Part shown: piece by piece, positions 9,065 to 17,236 of the stretch
Layout: each line of letters begins with the position of its first letter
Numbering within the stretch: position 1 is the stretch's first letter
Source of the DNA: Candidatus Nanopelagicales bacterium
Lineage (GTDB): Bacteria; Actinomycetota; Actinomycetes; S36-B12; UBA5976
Length of the DNA stretch: 64,000 nucleotides
NCBI GenBank assembly: GCA_030834185.1
Contig: JAURFT010000001.1
Span: 14,552-78,551, forward strand
Direction: 5' to 3'
The notes under the pieces: generated by a model
What the model was told of the DNA's origin: nothing
Databases searched by the model: none
The model's input: the letters and a program-made list of their open reading frames with translations, nothing else
Position numbers and translations under genes: made by a program

Positions 9065-10612
9065 CTAGTTTGAATCTTCTTTAACAGCGCCGATCGCCAT
9101 TAACATTAAGTCTTTTTCATTCTCCAAACCACCAGAGATCTCACCAACAAATCGGCCACCACTGAAAACAATGACACGGTGACTCATGGCTAAGAGCTCT
9201 GGAAATTCGCTTGAAATTAGTAGGACAGAGTTTCCGTCTTTAGCATAATCTGTGATGGTTCTATAAATCTCCGCTTTTGAGGCAATGTCTACACCTTTAG
9301 TAGGCTCGTCAAGCATAAGAATTTTTGGATCAGTTATCAACGATTTTCCAAGCACTACTTTTTGTTGATTACCACCACTTAAACTCGAAATTGGTTCATC
9401 TAAATTCTGCGGTTTCACCTGCAAACTCTCAAGATAAACACGTGCACGACTTTTTTCTGCACCTTTAAGCAAGAAACTAATTTTTGTTATAGCATCAATA
9501 ATGCTTGCTGTGAGATTCTGCTTGATTGCCAGATTAAAGAAAAGCCCTTCAGCTTTTCGATCTTCAGTTATGTAACCAAAGCCATGCGAAATTGACTCAG
9601 AAACACTTCTAGTTTTGATTGAATTTCCTAGAACTTGAACTTCGCCACCTAAAATTTTATAGTGGCCAAACAGCGACTTAACTATCTCAGTTCTTCCAGA
9701 ACCAACTAATCCGCCGATTCCAAGTATCTCGCCCTTACGTAACTCAAAGGAGAAGGGCTCCAAAAGTGGTTGTCCTGGCTTACTCGGGTTACCCACCACT
9801 AAATCCCGAACACTCAAAACTACAGGTGCATCTTGACTTGTGAGCTGCTGCTGAGGATATAGCTCACCAAGATCTCTACCGATCATATGGGAAACGAGTT
9901 CATCAACCTTGAAATCTACACGGTCTACTTGACATACAATTTTTCCATCACGAAGTATTGTGATTAAATCACACAACTCAATAATTTCATCCATTTTATG
10001 AGTAATAAAAACTGTAGTAATTTCCAATGATTTTAGCGTACGCACTACAGCGAATAAATTCTTAATTTCATCTCCTGTTAGAGATGAAGTTGGCTCATCT
10101 AGTACTAGCACCTCAGGCTGCATATAAATTGCACGAGCAATCATCAAAATCTGCTTCTCGGCCAGCGTCAATGAAGATGTAAGCATTTCTGGCTGCAATG
10201 GAATGCTATAAAATTTTAGAAATTCTGCTACTTTTGCAATCACGCCAGACTTGTTATAAGGCTTAAGCGGGCTTCTAGACATCTCAGGTAACAAGATATT
10301 CTCTGCCACAGTTAATGTGTCTGCCACAGTAGTTTCTTGTGGCACAATAGAAATTCCTACAGATTGGGCATCTAGCGTTGAACTCAGCTCCACGGGTTTT
10401 CCATCAATAACTATTTGGCCAGAGTAAGTGCCAGATGGATAAAGACCACTCAAAATCTTCATCAGGGTTGACTTGCCAGCTCCATTTTGTCCAATTAGGC
10501 CGTGGATAGTTCCCTTCTTAACTCGAAGATCAACATTGCTTAGCGCAACAGTGTTTCCAAAAGACTTGCTGATATCAATCATCTCTAAGGCGTAACCTGC
10601 GTTGTTTGTCAT
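9065..10612 (-). CDS. Sugar ABC transporter ATP-binding protein (tandem ATPase, RbsA-like)
   Basis: 515 aa. Walker A GQNGAGKST, signatures LTLAEKQ / LSGGNQQK, two NBD halves. Confidence 0.9.
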   Translation of the reverse strand: MTNNAGYALEMIDISKSFGNTVALSNVDLRVKKGTIHGLIGQNGAGKSTLMKILSGLYPSGTYSGQIVIDGKPVELSSTLDAQSVGISIVPQETTVADTLTVAENILLPEMSRSPLKPYNKSGVIAKVAEFLKFYSIPLQPEMLTSSLTLAEKQILMIARAIYMQPEVLVLDEPTSSLTGDEIKNLFAVVRTLKSLEITTVFITHKMDEIIELCDLITILRDGKIVCQVDRVDFKVDELVSHMIGRDLGELYPQQQLTSQDAPVVLSVRDLVVGNPSKPGQPLLEPFSFELRKGEILGIGGLVGSGRTEIVKSLFGHYKILGGEVQVLGNSIKTRSVSESISHGFGYITEDRKAEGLFFNLAIKQNLTASIIDAITKISFLLKGAEKSRARVYLESLQVKPQNLDEPISSLSGGNQQKVVLGKSLITDPKILMLDEPTKGVDIASKAEIYRTITDYAKDGNSVLLISSEFPELLAMSHRVIVFSGGRFVGEISGGLENEKDLMLMAIGAVKEDSN

Positions 10613-10638
10613 TTCTTGAATTCCTCTGGATAAGAGAA

Positions 10639-10675
10639 TGGTCAGGTGACCAAAATCATTTCAGCCACCTGACCA
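10639..10675 (-). terminator. Intra-operon hairpin between the binding-protein and ATPase genes (partial terminator or mRNA stabiliser)
   Basis: TGGTCAGGTG (10639-10648) and CACCTGACCA (10666-10675) are perfect 10-bp arms with a 17-nt loop. The hairpin sits just 3' of the SBP stop on the minus-strand transcript, followed by ATTCTCTTATCC. Confidence 0.4.
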
Positions 10676-10701
10676 TCTCAGATTAAAATGCAGAATGCAA
10701 T

Positions 10702-11784
10702 TTACTCTTCTGCCTCTACACGTGCATCAATCGCATCAACAACAGCGAAGTATGGGGCCAAACCATCAGCCAAGACAATTGGCGAAGGTAGGTCATTAGC
10801 AAACTGAGTTGGAGGATTTCCGCAGATTGCATTAGCCACGATGTCTACTGCCATCTGATGCTCTTCATAGCCTGGCTGAGCTGCCAAACCAAGAATCTTG
10901 CCATCCCGTACTGCATCCATATTTGGTCGAGTCATATCAGGACCAATCATGTTTACTTGACGTCCAGTTTCATCAACTGCACCTGCCCAAGCGACTGGAC
11001 CTGCACCGGTTGTTGAAATAGCACCAGTTACATCTGGGTTAGCAGTTAGCAGAGAAACAATCTTTGAGATTGATGATGGAAGGTCAAAACCTTCTTCAAC
11101 TGCTGGAAGCACCTTGATGTCTGGGTATAGCTCCTTCATTTTTGAAGTAAATGCTGCAGCTACGCCATCTTCTACTGGATTGAATCCACCTTGAGTAATT
11201 GCTGCAGTTCCAGTGCCACCCATGTTTTCACCAATTACTTCAGCTGCTGCTGCACCCCATTCAGCTGGGTTGAATGCTGCATAAGCTATTACGCCTGGGT
11301 ATTCTCCCTCTTTAGCTTGAACGTGGCCGATAACTGCTGGGATACCAGCATCGCCAAAACGCTTAATCAAGTCTTTTTCAGATGGATCAACGAAACCAAG
11401 CACTAGGCCATCTGTGCCAGTTGCCAAGATGCCTTCGCCAAGTGCAATTGCCTTGGTCCAGTCAGCTTCATCAGGAGATGCAATTGTTACTTCTCCAAAG
11501 CCAAGTGCATTGGCCTGGTCATAAAACCCTTGCTGCCATAGTCGAAGTGTTGGATGTCCCTTTAGAACTGATAAATAGTGAATCTTTTTTTCACTCAAGT
11601 CGCATGGTGCTACTGAAAGTGGTGTGTAAACAGCTGCTGCTGCAGTTTGTCCTGCGTCTTCACCTGAGCCTGAATCAGTGGCTTCCTCTGTACTGCTTGA
11701 GCAAGCTGCAACTATTAGCAGAGATGCGCACATCAAAGCCAACAGCTTTCCCCACGACTTCACACTCTTTGATTCCTGAACCAT
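10702..11784 (-). CDS. Sugar ABC transporter substrate-binding lipoprotein (PBP type I)
   Basis: I start it at the internal Met (ATG 11782-11784, AGGAGAGAGGGA upstream). This gives MVQESKSVKSWGKLLALMCASLLIVAAC with a lipobox. The track start at 11826 adds an implausible Cys/Arg-rich extension. Confidence 0.8.
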   Translation of the reverse strand: MVQESKSVKSWGKLLALMCASLLIVAACSSSTEEATDSGSGEDAGQTAAAAVYTPLSVAPCDLSEKKIHYLSVLKGHPTLRLWQQGFYDQANALGFGEVTIASPDEADWTKAIALGEGILATGTDGLVLGFVDPSEKDLIKRFGDAGIPAVIGHVQAKEGEYPGVIAYAAFNPAEWGAAAAEVIGENMGGTGTAAITQGGFNPVEDGVAAAFTSKMKELYPDIKVLPAVEEGFDLPSSISKIVSLLTANPDVTGAISTTGAGPVAWAGAVDETGRQVNMIGPDMTRPNMDAVRDGKILGLAAQPGYEEHQMAVDIVANAICGNPPTQFANDLPSPIVLADGLAPYFAVVDAIDARVEAEE

Positions 11785-11863
11785 CGGTCCCTCTCTCCTA
11801 TTTGGTATCTGACATCGCAGACACATGACTTTTTGAAGCCATGACCTGGCTGATCAGTTTTGC

Positions 11864-11883
11864 CAAGTCATATCAATGACTTG
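11864..11883. promoter_or_regulatory. Candidate operator: perfect 8+8 inverted repeat CAAGTCAT-ATCA-ATGACTTG in the divergent sugar-island promoter region
   Basis: The arms at 11864-11871 and 11876-11883 are exact reverse complements. More GACTT/AAGTC-type half-sites occur at 11827-11831, 12032-12036, 12037-12041 and 12089-12093, with a variant ATGACCT at 11841-11847. Confidence 0.35.
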
Positions 11884-12102
11884 CTTTGTATAACTATCCT
11901 CTTTTTAAATTCTGGTCGCAATGGGAGCAGCCTCTTCGTTATTAAACTGTGATAACTTAGATGAAATCATTAAATGTGAAAACGATCTCTTAAATATTAT
12001 AAATTATTGGTCTTCATTAGCCCTTCCACACGACTTGACTTTTGTCGCAATTGCTCGTTGGATTCAATCAATATCAAAAGCCAAAAAAGACTTCGTAACG
12101 AG

Positions 12103-13089
12103 ATGGGAAACTACATGTCAACAACGATCACCGCTTCAGGTGCCAAGGAGAAGCGAACAGGGCTTCGGTTACCGCCGGAATTAGTCTTACTGATTGTCTT
12201 AATACTCACTGTGGCTTTTTTTGCATCTCAGAACAGTAATTTCTTAACTGTTGCAAGTCTGCGCATTTTATTACTAGCTGTTGTTTTTACTGGAATAATT
12301 CTCATTGGGCAGAGTTTGTTAATCATTGCGGGAGAATTTGATCTTTCAGTCGGTGCTGTTGCCTCACTTGGTGCGGTATCAACTGCGATTATGCTTGCAA
12401 GTTGGAACGTAAACCTTTGGGTTGCAATAATTTTGGGCACATTAATTGGTGGATTAGTTGGAATGCTTAATGGAGTAATCACAGTTGTGATTGGAATTCC
12501 GGCATTTGTAACTACGCTAGCAATGTTGTTTCTAGCTAGGGGTTTTGGTTATGTGTTATCCGGTGGCGATCCTATTTATCCCCTACCTCGTGGCACAGGA
12601 GTCTTGGCTAAAACTGAAATTTTAGGTCTGGTTTCCTCGGTATGGATTTTCTTATTTTTATTTTTTATATCAGATCTATATGTTAGAACTAGCTCTATTG
12701 GCAGAAAGATTTATCTCGTTGGAGGTAATAAAGTTGCTGCGAAGATATCTGGCATTCGTGTAGAAAGAATCAAGATTGGTTTGTTCATATTCACTGGAGC
12801 GCTATCTGCATTTGCTGGAATTTTACTAATGAGTCGATTGGAGCGTGCTGATAACGTAACTGGACTTGGATGGGAGTTATCTGTTATCGCAGCTGCCGCT
12901 GTTGGTGGCATTAGATTAGAAGGTGGACGAGGTAGCTTAACTGGAGCTTTCCTAGGTCTAATTCTCTTGCAAGTTATCTTGCAAGGACTAGTTACCATCG
13001 GTACGAATGCCATGCTGCTTGATGCTGTTAAGGGTTTAGTAATGATAATTGCAGTTTGGCTGGCTTTTCGTAAGTCACCACAAACCTAA
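12103..13089 (+). CDS. Sugar ABC transporter permease, second subunit (RbsC family paralogue)
   Basis: I start it at ATG 12103 (MGNYMSTTIT...); ATG 12115 is an alternative. Polytopic, with block GEFDLSVGAVASLG. The upstream part of the track ORF (from 12007) looks non-coding. Confidence 0.8.
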   Translation: MGNYMSTTITASGAKEKRTGLRLPPELVLLIVLILTVAFFASQNSNFLTVASLRILLLAVVFTGIILIGQSLLIIAGEFDLSVGAVASLGAVSTAIMLASWNVNLWVAIILGTLIGGLVGMLNGVITVVIGIPAFVTTLAMLFLARGFGYVLSGGDPIYPLPRGTGVLAKTEILGLVSSVWIFLFLFFISDLYVRTSSIGRKIYLVGGNKVAAKISGIRVERIKIGLFIFTGALSAFAGILLMSRLERADNVTGLGWELSVIAAAAVGGIRLEGGRGSLTGAFLGLILLQVILQGLVTIGTNAMLLDAVKGLVMIIAVWLAFRKSPQT

Positions 13090-13107
13090 TCGAACGATAG
13101 GCCATTT

Positions 13108-13983
13108 ATGAATCTTGAAATGTTTGATGAGCGAAAGTGCACGCTTGGTGAAGGTCCAACATCAAGTGGTACTTCAAATAATAATATTATGTGGGTTGAC
13201 ATAATTGGGAAGAAAATTCTAACGAGAGATCTCGTCTCAGGTATAACTTCTGAAAAGTTATTTGAAGAGGAAGTAGGTTTTGCACTACCTGGTCAAGATG
13301 CAGGTGTAGTGATTGGTCTAGCCAGTGGCACAAAATTTGTAACCAGCGATGGCCGTGAATTAAACCTGCCAAGTTGGCGAACAATTACGCCAGATGCGCC
13401 AGGGATTCCGGTGCGGTGGAATGACGCCAAGATCTCTCCACATCTCCAGCTATATGCAGGGACGATGGCCTTTGATGCCACTGCAGGCGCAGGGGGGCTT
13501 TATCGAATTAACTCAGCTGGCCAAAATATTGATGAACTGATTTCAAAGGTATCTATTAGTAACGGTTTAGATTGGTCACCTGACTCAAAGAAGTTTTATT
13601 ACATTGATACCTTGAAGTATTCGGTTACTCAATATGATCATGACGAAACTGGAATCTCAAATCCGAAAACCTTGATTTCATTTGATCATGGTGATGTGCT
13701 TCCAGATGGAATGTGTGTTGATGCAGAAGGTGGATTATGGGTAGCGTTTTGGAATGGTGGTTGCATTAATCGCTACGAACCAACCGGGAGTTTGTCAGAG
13801 AAGATTGCTATACCGGTTAAGAATGTTACTTCGTGTGCATTTGGTGGATCAGATCTTGATACGTTAATTATCACTACTGCAGCATTAACTGACGAGGATA
13901 ATCCAAAGTCAGGAATGACCTTTATGGTGAAACCTGGCGTCAGTGGGCAAGGATTTAATTTGTATCCAAATCCACTAGCGTGA
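13108..13983 (+). CDS. SMP-30/gluconolactonase/LRE-family sugar lactonase
   Basis: 291 aa. Beta-propeller family blocks: CTLGEGP, RWNDAKISP, SNGLDWSPD, PDGMCVDAEGGLWVA. Confidence 0.8.
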   Translation: MNLEMFDERKCTLGEGPTSSGTSNNNIMWVDIIGKKILTRDLVSGITSEKLFEEEVGFALPGQDAGVVIGLASGTKFVTSDGRELNLPSWRTITPDAPGIPVRWNDAKISPHLQLYAGTMAFDATAGAGGLYRINSAGQNIDELISKVSISNGLDWSPDSKKFYYIDTLKYSVTQYDHDETGISNPKTLISFDHGDVLPDGMCVDAEGGLWVAFWNGGCINRYEPTGSLSEKIAIPVKNVTSCAFGGSDLDTLIITTAALTDEDNPKSGMTFMVKPGVSGQGFNLYPNPLA

Positions 13984-14908
13984 TCGAAAAATTCCAGCTA
14001 TGGGTTTCGCCTTGACCAATTTCTGTTGCAGCACCTAACTTTATATTTTCATCCAGGCGGTCCGAGATTCCAATCATGGGTTCAATCGCAATCCAAGTGG
14101 CTGGGTGAGGCCCAGCTGGCCAAGCAGTCAGATTTGAACAGATGCCAACATGATTAATTTCAGCACTAAATTTAAAACTTAGCCCAGCTAAAAGTTCTTC
14201 ATTGATTAACATCAGTTCTTGGATCCCGCTGGTTTCGATCGATACTTTGTCTGTCACACCTAAATCTGGCACAACCTCACTGAGATCAATTTCCAAACCT
14301 GTGTCAGAGTTAACTTTTGGCCAACTCAACTCGCTTAGATGCCCTTGATATCCATCTTCGCCATCAGGCCCTAAACGACCACCAAAACCAAACTCTTTAT
14401 ACATTTTTTGTCCAGCTGGAACCAAAATGCGATAATTGTTTGGCAACCTAAAGAGCGGATGCGCCGACCACATATACCAATAAGAAATATCACCCGTATT
14501 AATTACCTCGTAAATGAAGTTAATCGTTTCTTTAGATAAGACAATCTCGCGCTTGAAAGTAAGCGGCATTGCAGTTAAATCTACACTTGTGGCGATTGAA
14601 TTTTCAAACATTTCTACCCGCCAGGGTTTAGCCCAAACCTCACCATGATCGCAAAGCTTGATCTGATCATCCAGAGGATACTTTGAGATTGCGATATTTG
14701 GAAAACATTCATCAAATCCACTTATGTCATATGCGGCATAGTCACCACAGAATTCAGGCCTTCTAACTGGCCGATGCTCGTCTTGCCATAGCCATTGAAA
14801 GTCATAACGCAGAAACTCAAGTTTGGTGATTTTGCATCCAACTTCTGGCAATAACGTAAGTCTAATACTGTCAGTTTGTAAAACTAGTTCTGACAAAGAT
14901 TCAGTCAT
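13955..14908 (-). CDS. Aldose 1-epimerase (galactose-mutarotase-like) family protein
   Basis: 317 aa. By-eye mutarotase-like blocks: GFDECFPNI, DHGEVW, WSAHPLF, IAIEPMIG. It overlaps the lactonase gene convergently by 29 nt. Confidence 0.5.
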   Translation of the reverse strand: MTESLSELVLQTDSIRLTLLPEVGCKITKLEFLRYDFQWLWQDEHRPVRRPEFCGDYAAYDISGFDECFPNIAISKYPLDDQIKLCDHGEVWAKPWRVEMFENSIATSVDLTAMPLTFKREIVLSKETINFIYEVINTGDISYWYMWSAHPLFRLPNNYRILVPAGQKMYKEFGFGGRLGPDGEDGYQGHLSELSWPKVNSDTGLEIDLSEVVPDLGVTDKVSIETSGIQELMLINEELLAGLSFKFSAEINHVGICSNLTAWPAGPHPATWIAIEPMIGISDRLDENIKLGAATEIGQGETHSWNFSITLVDLDTN

Positions 14909-14924
14909 GAGCTGGCTACCTAGG

Positions 14925-16130
14925 TTAGAGTTTACTTATCATAACCCTTAAGTCACTTCGATTGAAGAAGTTTGACTTAAATTTTAAACCCAGGCCTGGC
15001 TCTTCATTTGGGTACAACTTACCATCACGAAATTCTGGAAGACCATCGACAATTTCTTGGTACCAGCCAAAATAATAGGCTCTTACAAATTCTTGATACT
15101 CAATATTTGGATTGGTTAGCGATAGATTAAAACCTGCAGTTAATCCAATTGGACCAGTGCAATCATGTGGTGAAACTAAGATGCCATAAGTGTGGGCCAA
15201 ATCAATAATTTTCCGAGATTCAGAGATGCCACCAGCCCAAAGTGGATCTACCATTAAGTGGTCAATAACTTTTAAGTCAAGTAATTTTTGATATTCAAAT
15301 TTAGTTCCTATAGTTTCACCAAAGGTTAGGTCAGCATCTGTTTTGGCTCGTAATTGCTGTAACGCCTTACTGCTCTCAATCCTAATTGCATCTTCATACC
15401 AATAAATATCAAATTCCTTGGTGGCATTTATGATATTTAATGCAACTGATGTAGACCAAAGGCTGTGCATTTCTAACATTATCTTGAACTCAGGTCCGGC
15501 TGCTGCTCTAATATTTTTAATAACTTGCACGCCTGCAGCTAGTGCTTCTGGTTCGATGAAGCGACCACCTGAATCAACCGCTGCTTGGTCAAATGGCCAC
15601 ACCTTTAGAGCGCGAAATCCCATCTCACCTAACTCGTTAACCAACCGGGATTGGTCATAAAGAAACATATTGAGATCTTCAAATGAGTCTCCTAGATTTG
15701 TACCAAGTTGTGATGCCCTATCTCGCTCAATATTGCTACTTACCCTGGCATAACCCGGGCCAGCACAAGTGTTGTAAGTTTCAATTGACTCGCGAACCGG
15801 GCCACCAAGCGCGCGATAAACTGGTAATTCTAATGTTTTACCAAATATGTCCCATAGTGCAATGTCAATAGATGAGTGAGCCCTAACTGAGATACTAGAA
15901 CCACTGTATCCAATGAAATCATTCCGAAGTTTCTCATTGATTAAAGAAATGTTTGTTGGATCCTGGCCAAGAAGTCGCGGTGCAATACTTTCATGGATAA
16001 AGGCTTCTATAGTCACTGCGCCAATACAATTTTCGCTTATACCAACTATTCCGCTATCTGTTTGCAGTTCCAAAAACAGCATTGCTGGAAACTCGTCCAA
16101 GCGATAAGTTCTTATTTCTAAAATCTTCAT
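14925..16130 (-). CDS. Enolase-superfamily sugar-acid dehydratase (GalD/ManD-like; substrate unknown)
   Basis: I start it at ATG 16128-16130 (MKILEIRTY, AGGGGA RBS 7 nt upstream). MR/MLE family blocks: SIDIALWDI, LKVWPF, MLEMHS, YWYEDA, FGET, VDPLWAGG, SPHDC. Confidence 0.85.
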   Translation of the reverse strand: MKILEIRTYRLDEFPAMLFLELQTDSGIVGISENCIGAVTIEAFIHESIAPRLLGQDPTNISLINEKLRNDFIGYSGSSISVRAHSSIDIALWDIFGKTLELPVYRALGGPVRESIETYNTCAGPGYARVSSNIERDRASQLGTNLGDSFEDLNMFLYDQSRLVNELGEMGFRALKVWPFDQAAVDSGGRFIEPEALAAGVQVIKNIRAAAGPEFKIMLEMHSLWSTSVALNIINATKEFDIYWYEDAIRIESSKALQQLRAKTDADLTFGETIGTKFEYQKLLDLKVIDHLMVDPLWAGGISESRKIIDLAHTYGILVSPHDCTGPIGLTAGFNLSLTNPNIEYQEFVRAYYFGWYQEIVDGLPEFRDGKLYPNEEPGLGLKFKSNFFNRSDLRVMISKL

Positions 16131-16237
16131 TTGCAATCCCCTAAGAGGCAATTATTGTTTAATTAATCATTTGTTACAAGGGAGCAAGTAATAAGTGAAA
16201 TCGATAACTTAGTCTCTTTTGAGTACTGCTGGAAGAT

Positions 16238-17236
16238 TTATACCTGTCGACGGATAGTTGCATCACAAATTGAGACCAATGTTGCTTTGGTCATTGGATT
16301 GGAGATGTTCTGGATTGCAGATTTTGCTCGTTCAGCCCAGTCAATTGCAACATCTTTTGCTTGATCAATAGCCCAATGAGTTCTGATTTCATTTAGTAAA
16401 CTAGGCAATAGTTCTGGAGTGACTTGATTTCTTAATCGGTTGATTAATTCCTGATCTTCAGCTCTGTTTGCCTGCTGGATTAATAAAGTTGTAAGCGTTG
16501 GTACGCCTTCAAGCAAATCAGTGCCGGGAGCTTTTCCAGACTCTTCAGCAACGCTGGTCAGATCAATAATGTCGTCAGTTAATTGAAAAGCTATCCCTAT
16601 TGCTTCACCAAAGTTTCGCATTGCGATCACATCGGATTCGGCTGCACCTGAAAACTCCGCGCCAAATTGCGCTGCAGTTGCAATTAACGAACCAGTTTTT
16701 TCAGCCAGCACATTAATATGGTGATCAACTGCATCCACACCAGCTGCTGGTCCAACTGTTTCTAGCAGCTGACCTGTAACAAGTCGTTCAAAGGTTTGTG
16801 CTTGTAATTTCACTGCAGCAGGGCCAAGGTCCGCTACTAATTCAGATGCTCTGGCGAATAGAAAATCCCCAGTGAGAATCGCTGCTGCGTTTCCAAATCG
16901 AGCATTTGCAGATTGAGCACCTCGGCGCAACTGGGCCTCATCCATTACATCATCGTGATAAAGCGTTGCCAAATGAGTGAGCTCAATTACTACTGCAGCT
17001 TTTATTACTTCAATTTTGCTAGCATCCCCAAGGGTTGCTGCCAAAATTGTGATTAATGGTCGAAATCGCTTTCCACCTGCTGTCATTAAGTGCGTGGTCA
17101 TCTCATTGATGAACTCAATCTCTGCTTTGCAAGTTTGCCTTAAAAGCTCTTCAGTTGCAGTTAATCGCTCAGTTACTAAATCAGCAAGCTCTGGTGAGAT
17201 TAATTCTGCTGGTACACCAGCATTGTAATTCATCAT
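16238..17236 (-). CDS. Long-chain polyprenyl diphosphate synthase (menaquinone side chain; GrcC/HepT-like)
   Basis: 332 aa with both Asp-rich motifs (LYHDDVMDEA and FQLTDDIIDL). Its start overlaps the nuoN stop by 1 nt. Confidence 0.9.
   Translation of the reverse strand: MMNYNAGVPAELISPELADLVTERLTATEELLRQTCKAEIEFINEMTTHLMTAGGKRFRPLITILAATLGDASKIEVIKAAVVIELTHLATLYHDDVMDEAQLRRGAQSANARFGNAAAILTGDFLFARASELVADLGPAAVKLQAQTFERLVTGQLLETVGPAAGVDAVDHHINVLAEKTGSLIATAAQFGAEFSGAAESDVIAMRNFGEAIGIAFQLTDDIIDLTSVAEESGKAPGTDLLEGVPTLTTLLIQQANRAEDQELINRLRNQVTPELLPSLLNEIRTHWAIDQAKDVAIDWAERAKSAIQNISNPMTKATLVSICDATIRRQV

Noticed and set aside
10702-11826. Upstream-extended starts given by the ORF track for several genes (SBP 11826, permease 12007, dehydratase 16151, menE 37785, resB 42484, ccdA 43200, clpC 53501, folE 62680, nuoK 22565)
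   Set aside because: The extensions lack an RBS, overlap neighbouring genes, or add non-homologous N-termini. Internal starts with SD-like sequences and ATGA/TAATG coupling fit better.
11921-12184. 87-aa ORF in the long divergent spacer of the sugar island
   Set aside because: It has no convincing RBS and a Trp/Cys-rich, AT-driven composition, and it runs out of frame into the permease start. The region is better explained as regulatory DNA. It cannot be fully excluded without expression data.
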